A stretch of DNA of 64,000 nucleotides from Sporopachydermia quercuum. Taxonomy: Eukaryota. The stretch is from contig BCGN01000002.1 of assembly GCA_001599295.1 (NCBI GenBank), forward strand, positions 2,170,001 through 2,234,000, read 5' to 3'. Every line of letters starts with the position of its first letter. Positions within the stretch are counted from its first letter, which is position 1. The notes under the pieces were generated by a model. It was given only the letters and a program-made list of their open reading frames with translations. It made no database searches and was not told the DNA's origin. The translations under genes were made by a program, and so were the position numbers. This document shows positions 12,689-24,529 of the stretch, in pieces.

Positions 12689-14248
12689 TCATGCTAATTC
12701 TTCGGCAATAATACTCTTTATCAATTCAGCATCAGCTCTTTCAACCAATTTGATCTTCTTAGGCAATTCACTCAATTGTTTCAATTCTTCAGGCAAAACA
12801 TCTTCTTCAAAGCTATAACCTTCGGATCCTTTTAATGCAGCATCAACAGCATCAGCAAACTTGGCAGGATGAGCTGTTGATAAGGAAATGTAATAAACAC
12901 CAGTTTCTCCTTGTTTTTTATCAGCTTCGATAACCCGTTGTGAAGCTGTGATACCAACTGCAGAATGTGGATCTAGAATATACTTATCATGAGTAGTGTC
13001 ATAGGTTTGTTTGATGGTCTTGATGGTCTCTTCATCACTAACCTTTTCAGAACTGAATTCTTTTCTAGCTGCTTCAATAACAGCTTCAGATACTTTGAAT
13101 GAGTTGGAGGACTTCAATTTTGTCATCCATTGTTGTAAAACGGCACCAGGATTTTCACCAGAGTTTTCTTTAGCTAAATACCATAATAGTCTTTCGAAGT
13201 TAGAAGAAATTAGAATATCCATGGCAGGAGACAAAGTGCTTTTCACATCACCATTCTCACCAGTGATTTTCTCATAAACACCATTCTTTATAAATCTGTT
13301 GAGAATATCATTTGAATTGGTAGCAATGACAAGCTNTGAAATAGGTAATCCCATTCTCTTGGCATAAAAGCCAGCTAAAATATCACCAAAGTTACCAGAA
13401 GGTACAATAAACTTGATCTTCTTAGCACCTGAACGTAATTCTTCTTCAGAGATGTTTTCAGATTTGCATAATTGGAAAAACGAATAGAAATAGTAAGTGA
13501 TTTGAGCAAGAATTCTCGCCCAGTTGATAGAATTAACAGCACCTACATGGTACTTGTTATTAAACTCAACATCAGCAAAGATTTGCTTAACGATATCTTG
13601 ACAATCATCAAAGGTACCATTCACTGATAAAGTACGAACATTATCATCAAGAACAGTAGTCATTTGAGCTTCTTGAATAGGGGAAATACGTCCTGTAGGA
13701 TACAGAATAAACACTGAGACGTTCTTCTTGTTTCTTAATCCATAGATAGCTGCTGAACCAGTATCACCAGAGGTAGCACCTACGACGGTAACAGAATCAT
13801 GTTCTTCGCCTTCTTTCTTGTTGGCATTTCTTCTGGTCAAGAAAAATTCAAATAAATTACCAACAAACTGCAATGCCACGTCCTTGAATGCATATGTAGG
13901 TCCATGGAACAGCTCTAATAAGTATAAGTTATCTTCTTTGTTGATAGGCACCGAAGGAGTAACATCGGCAGCTCTGAAAGTAGAGTATGACTTTTCAATC
14001 AATTGCTTTAATTCTGAATCGCTTATTTCGTTTTCATCAACATATTGTCTCATAATGGTAAATGCAAGCTCTTGAAAGGAAAGATCTTTCATTTTACTGA
14101 AGAAATCAGGATCCAATGATGGAATCTCTGGTGGGATATATAACCCTCCATCTGGGGCCAAACCTGTGATGACAACGTCTTCAAAGGATAGCTTTTTACC
14201 TGAACCGTCTCTTGTGGAGGAATAGACTTGAGAAGTTGTTGGAGCCAT
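12689..14248 (-). CDS. THR4: Threonine synthase
   Basis: YSSTR, GLAPDGGLY, LELFHGPTYAFKD (PLP lysine), GATSGDTGSAA, NSINWARI, PSGNFG, LSTAHPAKF. Confidence 0.98.
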   Translation of the reverse strand: MAPTTSQVYSSTRDGSGKKLSFEDVVITGLAPDGGLYIPPEIPSLDPDFFSKMKDLSFQELAFTIMRQYVDENEISDSELKQLIEKSYSTFRAADVTPSVPINKEDNLYLLELFHGPTYAFKDVALQFVGNLFEFFLTRRNANKKEGEEHDSVTVVGATSGDTGSAAIYGLRNKKNVSVFILYPTGRISPIQEAQMTTVLDDNVRTLSVNGTFDDCQDIVKQIFADVEFNNKYHVGAVNSINWARILAQITYYFYSFFQLCKSENISEEELRSGAKKIKFIVPSGNFGDILAGFYAKRMGLPISXLVIATNSNDILNRFIKNGVYEKITGENGDVKSTLSPAMDILISSNFERLLWYLAKENSGENPGAVLQQWMTKLKSSNSFKVSEAVIEAARKEFSSEKVSDEETIKTIKQTYDTTHDKYILDPHSAVGITASQRVIEADKKQGETGVYYISLSTAHPAKFADAVDAALKGSEGYSFEEDVLPEELKQLSELPKKIKLVERADAELIKSIIAEELA

Positions 14249-14482
14249 TTTGATGTGCGTTTTTATTATATTTCGTTTGTATCAAATATATACAATGTAA
14301 TTGTCTGTAGAGTATTCTCTGAATCAGAGGCAGATGAACTATTTGATCCTAGTAGTATACTTAGCAATAGCAATTGCAATAGAATGATACAGCTCTGGCA
14401 GAGATATATAAATATAACTGTTTGATAGTTTCTACTAATTTAGTGAATCAATGCATCAATAAATGTTGAATTGCGATCAAAT

Positions 14483-14514
14483 CATATATATGTATATATA
14501 TATATATATATATA
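14483..14514. repeat. (TA)n microsatellite in the THR4 promoter
   Basis: atatatatgtatatatatatatatatatataa. Confidence 0.85.
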
Positions 14515-15323
14515 AGTAACCAGAAAGGTTAAGGATAAGGCAAGGTACCTTGGATGTACCCAATGGGTTCCTAAAACGAATGAATCATTTTTTGTTAGGA
14601 AGTGAAATTTCCACATGGGAGGAAAATTTTCACTTTGGACAATGTCCGGGAGAGGGGGAGATGATGGCAGTTAGGGACAGTTTGATAACTATCTCTTAGG
14701 TGGTAGATAGAGAGACTGGTGAAATGTGGAGGAAGCGTGGAGAAGTGGTAGGAGGAGAAAGAAAGAGGATTGGGATTACATAATTAGTATCGAGAAGTTG
14801 GGCAATATATGTTTGACTAGAAGTGAATTTGTAGGTTATTGCTAGAATTTGAGAGAGGAATTGCAGGTATTAAGGTGAGGCAGAGTTGAAGGGGGTAGCG
14901 GGAGATCGGAAGATTGTGTTAATATTATTTCCGAATTATTGTCATCGTTTCCGATTTAATTGATCTTAAATATGAAGATTTGTATTATGAGTTCCGTCTT
15001 GAATCTCATGAATGTTGTNATTCAAACAAAAAAATATATCANATGGACCATATTTATCTTTCCGAATGATACAGCACTTCGGCATTGAATGCATCAGAGC
15101 TTCAACGACCTCTGTTTCTACTGCTACTTCTGCTACTATTAAAATTACTACCACCTTCTCACAGTACCATATGGCAATACAGACAACTCTATTATACAAT
15201 TAAAANTAGTCTCAGGGTTTGATAGTTTAAGCCTTCAAACCATAAATCAGTACAGAATATTGATCCATTTCTGTCTCAGATACTACTATTTCTATCAGGC
15301 TTCCCCATTCTTACCTCTTCTCT

Positions 15324-16628
15324 TCATATTCTCTTGCTGTTGAGCAACAAATGGATATTCTCATCAAGTAAATCATCAGTGTAAAAATCAGCATCACGAA
15401 CAGTTTCTTCCATAAATCCTTCATCAGCATTGAGAACTTTCAAGTTTCTTGATTGCACATCAATCCAGTTTTTGATGAAATTAACAGGATCTTCGCTCAA
15501 TTGTTGATAGAATTTCTGTCTATAGTATGAATTATTCAGTTTTGCAATTGAAAGAGAAATTTTGTTTTCTAATTCAACAATTTCTTTGTCNTTTTCATTC
15601 CAAGTATCAACAGCTCTCAGTAAATCACCATTGGCCAATTCATCGTTCTCCACCTCTAAATCATATACAATTTCCCCCATAGTACTAGAAACATTGGTTT
15701 TGATAATATATTCCAAAACAATAGGATTCTGAGCTTTCAACACACCTGCGAGTAAATCAACTACTTGAGGAAATTGAAACTTATCCACATTAAAGATATT
15801 TCTTAATGCAGTATCCGCTTTGATGATTCTAGCATCTTCGGCGTCCTGTAAACTACGTAGTTTGATATATTGCCACAATAAAGCAATGATCTCTTGTTGG
15901 GTACCTACAGAAATCCCTAGAATTAGCTTCAAATCGTCGTTCGCTATCAAGAGCTTCTCAGGAATCTCCTTCGGCTGTAAAGTTATTCGTACCTTTACTT
16001 CATCAACACCTGATCGTCTAACATCCATGCCATCGAAATCAACTGACTTCTGACCACCAGGTCCTGCTTCATGCCATTCAACGATATTGCCTTCAGAGTA
16101 TTCATAATTATTTTCTGGCATCAATTCAATCACCATGGAAGTGAAAAATGATGAAAACTTCCTTCTGTTTGGTGAATCAGCCAGTTCATCTGTTACAGGT
16201 CGACCTTCAACTCTCAAGTTCCACATTGGAGGACCTGGAGCAGGACTCGGAGGAGGAATTTCACCTCGAATACGCAATTCTTCTTCCTTCTGCTTCATTG
16301 CTTCTACTTGCCATGGTTGATTTTCACATGAGTTTGATACAAAGATACGCACTGTGGTAGTTTTCTTTGGCACTTTGATTGCTGTTTCCTGAATGTCTAG
16401 AAATTTACGTCTTAAAAACACATCAATTCTATTTTCCATTTCAACTAAATCTCTGTACTGCTTGACCTGTGGTAATCCTAGAGAGTCGTAGATCTGGCTT
16501 AGCTTGTTGTCCGATGGTGTGTACACATAGTTTGGTTGTTGCTGCTGTTCGGTGACGTTGTCACCTATAGGGTGCTGATCTTGGCCCACTGGAGCATTTC
16601 CAGTAGGTCTGGAAACTCTTCGCGACAT
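15324..16628 (-). CDS. SNF12: SWIB/MDM2-domain SWI/SNF-RSC subunit (Snf12/Rsc6, BAF60 family)
   Basis: RIFVSNSCENQPWQ, WNLRVEGR, IVEW, FDGMDVRR, SWIB (LWQYIKLRSLQD), DPVNFIKNWI. First ATG at 16628. Follows THR4 like RSC6 (YCR052W). Confidence 0.93.
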   Translation of the reverse strand: MSRRVSRPTGNAPVGQDQHPIGDNVTEQQQQPNYVYTPSDNKLSQIYDSLGLPQVKQYRDLVEMENRIDVFLRRKFLDIQETAIKVPKKTTTVRIFVSNSCENQPWQVEAMKQKEEELRIRGEIPPPSPAPGPPMWNLRVEGRPVTDELADSPNRRKFSSFFTSMVIELMPENNYEYSEGNIVEWHEAGPGGQKSVDFDGMDVRRSGVDEVKVRITLQPKEIPEKLLIANDDLKLILGISVGTQQEIIALLWQYIKLRSLQDAEDARIIKADTALRNIFNVDKFQFPQVVDLLAGVLKAQNPIVLEYIIKTNVSSTMGEIVYDLEVENDELANGDLLRAVDTWNEXDKEIVELENKISLSIAKLNNSYYRQKFYQQLSEDPVNFIKNWIDVQSRNLKVLNADEGFMEETVRDADFYTDDLLDENIHLLLNSKRI

Positions 16629-17290
16629 TATTATTGAGGGTAAATTTTTTGCTACGTGTAAACAGAAGCTCAAGAGCTTTGATTAAATGCTCTGGTTGTC
16701 TCTTTCACCTGTTCACTGAATCAGTGCTTAATCCGAATCTGACAGTGTNTCAGTAACGATATTCGTCTTATTTCCCCTTTTAAAAAGCTCTGAAAAGAAG
16801 TTTTCTTGAACTCTTACTTTTGCTCGAAAGTACCTCTAACCTAAGCAATAGATTGCACGCGTTTTTTCCCCAGTTTCCTATGTGCACCTCAATGGTTGTT
16901 ATAGGAGCTTTGTTGACCAGCATATTCCACCAGTCAATTAGTTTTGAGAAGTAAGCATCCCATAACAGGGTGTATGATACNGTGAATAGGGAAAGCTTGT
17001 CCAATAACAGATACATGATTGCTACAAATATTACTGTCCAATAATAGGGGTACTTAAGTTGACAGAAATGACAGAATCATGAAAATCCAAAGCCCGAGAA
17101 GACTTGAATAATGGTTTGACGTTTTGATGTAATTGAGATGATTTATCAACAGCTCGTTGTGTGTATCTCTTATATTGTTTACCTGTAAGAAATGAAACTA
17201 CTGCTAACTGAATGAGCAATTTGAGATATTCGGGTGCTTTTCACAGTTTAAGAAGAGTTCTGTATTAGATTACAACATACTTTAATCAAA

Positions 17291-18768
<1,478 letters not shown>

Positions 18769-19001
18769 GAGAAGAAAAGAATCAAAGTAATAGAGTATGA
18801 AATAAGTAGGAATATGGATAGAATGAATGAAGCAGATTATAAAATATGAGATTCGATTGTATTATGTTAACGTAGGGACGTAGTTTTAGTAGAAAGATAT
18901 GAAGATATAAACCAATATTACATTTATATTACATTAATTCTGATACTATTATTAAAGTACTATTTTTCATTTCTATTGTTAATGACCACTCTGTTATCCA
19001 T

Positions 19002-19113
19002 CTATTCATCCTCTTCATCCCGGTCGTACTGGTCATTCTGTTCTTCATGCTCATCAAATGCATCTTCAACAATTTCCTCCTCCTCCTCCTCCTCCTCCTC
19101 TTCTTCTTCTTCT

Positions 19114-19152
<39 letters not shown>

Positions 19153-20942
19153 TCTTCTTCCTCTGCCTTCATATCACCAACGTTACCAACAACGTACTCA
19201 TTCTTTCGCCATTCTTTTAACATAATCTCCCGGTCCGTTTCTTTCTTATTCAGCATATGGGCAATGTTATCCTGCTCCCTCTGGTTCAGAATTACCTTAT
19301 CCTCTTCATGAGCCTTCNTGATACTTTCTTCCTCTTGTTTCTTCAGCTCCTGGAACTTCTCATGTACTTGGTTGATCTCTGCTTGGAACTCTGCCAGTGA
19401 CTGGTAAGCCTTTCCAGCATCAGCGCAGTACTGCTCAAAATTAATAGGTAGTTTTCTTCGTAGCGCTAATTCAATCAGAAACGGTCTTTTACGTTCTTCC
19501 AAGTTGAACTTCAGTTTAACTTCCCTACGTGTTCGGTAAGGGAAAAGTTTTGAAATAGTACTGAAATCAGTCCCCCAAGCAGAAAGTGCCTCGTAAAGCT
19601 TTGTTGTTTCGTCCAAGGTCCACTTTTCAACATAACGAGCTTTCCCATATGTATTATTAGTAATAGGGTTCTCATATGGGTTTTCTTTTGAAATTTCTCT
19701 TCCATTTGCTTCTGTGACAGTACTAGCATTACGGTCAATCACCAATGATTCTTCGTCGACACTAATATTGCCATTTTGTCCTAGTTTAAGTATAGGCACA
19801 TTTTGCTCCTGTGGGTATATTTCTGAAGAATGGTTTTCCAGGAGATCTTCAGCGGCTTTTTTCTGACTAGCAAGTCTTTCTTGAGACTCTTGTTCTTCTA
19901 TTTGAGCTATTGACAATCCTAGTTCCCGAGCTTTCTGCCTATTAAGCCTGCGTTCTATTTTCTTCAAAGATAGTGTTCGTTTGGCTTCCTGTACAAGCTC
20001 ATACTTTTCCGACACTTTTCCTATAGTTACTGATGATTTACATAGATCAGCTATAGTGAGATTGTCATCATCTACCCTAATATGCTGACTTATACTTGGG
20101 TCTAGGTTTCCTGCGTTGCGGATATTTGTTTTACTATCAATAAGCAGATTCATATCAGCGAATGAGTCCAATGTCTCATGAGGTATACCCTGAAAATCTT
20201 CAACAAAGGGGTTCTTCCTTTTTGCTGATGAGGCAAATGGTGTTTGTATAGTTGCTGTGGATGCATTTGAGCTAANGATAGTGTTGTTTTCATTGTTAAC
20301 GCTCTTAGAGTTATTTCCTTCACTGTTTGCATCTCCCCCATTGTTGGAACACTGCGGGTCTTCTATTGTTTTACTACTAGAAGCATTGACATTCGTCTCA
20401 TTTGTTTCATTTTCGTTTTCAGCTGTTTCCATAGCCTCAGAGTCCTTATCATCTTCGTGAAGTCTGACTATAGATCTAACATGATTAGTACGCGTATCCA
20501 CGAGGAACTTTGTATCGTCTATGACGTACACTTTGGCGAATTCAATATCTTCCACCGTGTCAAAGTATTTTAGGAGTTTCAACTGTTCCTTTGGTGCTTG
20601 GCTCTCTTTTTCTTCTTTCACCAAACCTGTTTTCTGTCTCTTATACTTGTTCTCATGAATCTCTTTTGTTCTCTCAGATTTGGCTCTTTGTTTTGAATTG
20701 GTTCCTCCTGGAACGTTTGAGTCAACATTATTTTCATTTACCAATGTTGAATTGCGAGCTCTTCTACCTAAAGACTCCTTTGACTTGATTATGGTTTTGA
20801 TGGGCTGCTCAATAGGTTGAGCATTTGTAGGTGAGTTATTAGTCTCAGTTGAAACATTGGACTGTATTCTTCTGGATTTCCTTGGCTTAGGCTTTGGCGG
20901 CCTAAAAGCTGGTCTTGCGACCGATTCAAATTCTGCTGGCAT
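19002..20942 (-). CDS. BDP1: TFIIIB subunit B'' (SANT/Myb domain); start codon uncertain
   Basis: ENPYENPITNNTYGK, KWTLDETTKLYEALSAWGTDFSTISKLFPYRTRREVKLKFNLEERKRP, TIADLCK, G.VSEKY. Confidence 0.92.
19074..19163. repeat. (GAA/GAG)30 trinucleotide tract encoding 30 consecutive Glu in Bdp1
   Basis: TCC/TTC run on the + strand, in frame with BDP1. Confidence 0.95.
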
Positions 20943-21851
20943 TGTAGACACTATTGAAAATAAATTAAGCTTATTGCTGTGAATATCAGTTCATCTGTAA
21001 GTTCAATAGAGGAGAATAATAGATCAACAGGCATCTACTCATATCAAGTATATTACGATAGAAAATGNAGTATGCTATGTGTGTGAGAAGTAATGCCATA
21101 TACGTTTGAGCAGTCTCTCATACTATCTAGAATCTAAATACGAAATATATGAAATTTTAAAAGTAAAATAGATAATAGAAAACTTACAGTTGCTAAACAA
21201 ATGATCTGNAATGTTTTGATAGTTATAAATATTATAATTTGTAGATAAGCGAAAGTCCTTTTGGCAGAGAACAATAAGACAATTAGGGTTACATAATCAA
21301 ATAACATATGTAGGACACATATAACACCCATACATCGGAGATGATTATTTCAATAGACTCCNCAGTTCAGGATAAATCGGAAATCATGATCATGGATTAG
21401 TCTTGGTTTGAATAGATAAGAGCAATAAGTGGATTATGAATTAGTTTTCTTTTGCTTCTTCTCTGTCAACTAAAAATGACTTGGAAAACATTCGTCTACA
21501 GTATCTGATTTGCATAGAAAGTATACGTATTACGTATTGGTTTGAAATTAGATCAATTATCGACNGACTTGATGTCCTAAGTGACCATAGAGACAGGATA
21601 TTAAGAGTTCATGCATTGTATGATGATGATGATGATCCCATTAATGCTCCGGATAAACCAACTTCCTGATAATAACTACCTAAGGAGTATACAGCTCATC
21701 TTTAATGAAGCCTTTTATTCACCACCAGCGACACGATCATTCCACAACTAATATAACATTGACCTTTTCCATACAAATTCTTACTANTTCATGTATTAAT
21801 TTACGTTTGTATTATGCAGTTAGCATACAAACGAAAGAACGTATCGCAATT

Positions 21852-23618
21852 CTACACTTTAGTACGTTTACTATTCTGCGTCTCAACAGCCTCTTGAGGT
21901 TCCCGCTTACTAGATACATTTTTAACGTTGCTTCCAGTGTTCACGCTACTAGGGCTGATTTCTCTTAAAGGTGTAGCGGAGTTGTCNGATCTTAGTATCC
22001 GTTTACTGGATAATCCTCCAGGTGGTAGCCTTACTTTCTTTACCAAGTTGGAATGTGTTGATTCGTCCTCGGACGTCTTGTCTGCGCCTGAAGGAGCACC
22101 AGAAGCAATTGTAGTAGTAGTAATTGACTCTGAAGAAATAGCGTCTGTAGTAGATTCAGTCTTACCAGCATTATTGGCAGTTGAATTGGTACTCTCAGTT
22201 TCCTGTCTCGTTGTTTTATTTATCGCTGAAGGACCAGATTGTGATAACAAAGCTTCTACAGCACTTCTCTTTATAGGGGCACTTTTAGTTTGATCCAGTG
22301 TTCTTCTCAAACTAGGAGACTGGAAAGAGGGATTGAACAATGATTTATCGTCCAAAGGAGAGTTTTTCTGTATTAGATCTGCAGCCCTAGCGGAGAAGAA
22401 TTTGATTGGCGTATTAGGATTCATGGGGGGCATTTCTTGAGGTTGCACTTCATTTCCTTGATGATTATGTATTAAGCTGTGATTATCATGGTCAGTAATA
22501 TTATTACGAGTATTTTTCAACTTATTGTCAGATCGTACTGTTTCAAGAGACTGCCTAAGTAAAGGTGTACCATCAATCGAATCAATGCCTTCCATTGCTT
22601 CGATGTCCTCATCAAGCTCGTTGAAATCGTACATATCATCGCTTCTGAACGTTAGGTCTAGCTCTTCTGTAGTACAGTTCGTTTGAGTGATTGCTAACTC
22701 TCTGGCGTTATGGATATTGCTATAATTCCCGTTGCTTACAGGTTTCCTACCTGATGAAGATATAGCTCCTGATGCTGACGTTAAGGTTGATGCTGATGAT
22801 TTTGACAGAGGTAAAGCCCTGGTTTTGGATTCTGGAGCCGGGATTGTTGTATTGTTGCTTCCAACCCCTTGTTGATGTTGTACATAAGCCATTCTGTTTG
22901 GTAAGCCCTGTTTCTGAGCAGCCGAAGGACCGGCGTTAGTTCTGTTTTGGTCCGGAGGCCGTGAAAACTGCCTTGTGCTGTCTCTCATACGATGCAGATT
23001 GTCTTCACTCAGCGGTAGCTAAAGCTCACATGTTAGTAGATAATCTATAAGGACCAAACAATCAGATAAGCAAGCAATTTTTGCGAACATATGGCNCTTC
23101 ATATTTTCTTCGTTACTTACAGTTTCTACTTTTATTTTTTGAACTTGCTGTATATAATGTCTATCATATAGACAGTTGCCCAGTACATTGCCAAAACACC
23201 GGAGGGCTCGTTTCAGAGCATCAGTGGTAGCTTCTTTCTTACATTTTTCAAACGCCATATATCTTGACCGTGCATTTTCTATATGGCCATAGCCTATATC
23301 TTCATGGAATGTGCCGTCTTTTAGAGAAACTCTTACTGTGACACTCAGNCCTAGATCATACTTGCCACCACCTGAATGGTCATCGAAATAGTCAACAGAC
23401 ACGTTTTTCACTTCTGAGGACCAGCCGTTGAATCCAAACACGGAATTAGCAAGATTTATAGCTTTCCAGCCTTCTAAATAAGGGACTTTTCCACCACCAG
23501 GTGCTGGACGCCTTGAAACAAATTCTGGACCTAGTAGTTTGTTAAGACAATTCTGCATTTGTTGGAGTTCTTGATGAGTCCAAGGCTCAGCATTGCCTTG
23601 ATGCTGGTTGTTTTGCAT
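21852..23618 (-). CDS. RAD52: Recombination mediator Rad52. Exons 23618-23121 and 23018-21852
   Basis: [79 protein letters not shown]-terminal FFSARAA and [18 protein letters not shown]. Intron 23120-23019 (GTAAGT..TACTAAC..TAG). Confidence 0.96.
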
Positions 23619-24529
23619 AGTGTCTTATGATACGATAAAGTCGATAACTAAGCTATATACTAACTGAACTTATACACTCATCAAAAAAGCATTTGAAGCT
23701 AGCTGATGAATGAATCGGTGTAATGTTATATTTCTGATGTTGATGTAAACTCTACCATGAGATCAAAGATGAAGATAGAAATCAAATCATAACTGACGGT
23801 AACCAAACACCAGCTTCTTACCAGCCCTTTTAGCAGATCTGTTAATCAGTAACCTGAAAAACAAAGAATATATAATAATTCACGTTATTACGGAGATTTC
23901 TGTTGTTTTGAGATCACTTTTCTACTGTTCCTTTCATGTTATAAGATAATACGAGATTAGATATCGCGCCTTTACAGGTTTATTTACTTAATGGAAACAC
24001 GAAAATTGAAGTTTGATAAATCAAAGTGAAGGGCAAATTGGACATTTATTACGTAATCATAAAAATGTGTCTTAAAAGGGGATAGAAGGGTACTCTCATC
24101 AAGATCAATCCAAATTACATAACAAATGAGAAAGGCAAAACAAACAAAAAGGAATTGAAAAGAAATTACTATGAAGTATTGCGGGAAGTATTTACTTCTA
24201 CATGATCTGCTGTTTATTAAGTTATCGAAGATCTTTTAGTAACAAAAATTTTGGTACTTGAAGACTATTGTATATGATAGGGATATGATTTGATATTCAA
24301 TTGAATATTAAGCTTGTTTGGTAGTGTTTTGATAATTGAGCGGTGGAACCATCTTCCAGTTAGTGCAGTGGTATATGTTGTAAGGATTGATCATTTTCAG
24401 TTCTGTTGATTATTGGCAACATCGCCCTAGATAACAGTATTTGTTGTCAGTAAGTACATCATATATTTAAGCGAACGTATCGTTTATACAGATCAACGAA
24501 NNATCGCAGTCTATCGCATCAAATCTCTT

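Noticed and set aside
18976..19311. 111-aa poly-Ser ORF
   Set aside because: Antisense shadow of the Bdp1 poly-Glu tract.
21100..21121. Candidate upstream BDP1 exon (ATG at 21121, GTATAT donor)
   Set aside because: Phase does not match the TAG acceptor at 20951-20953, and the donor and branch point are weak.
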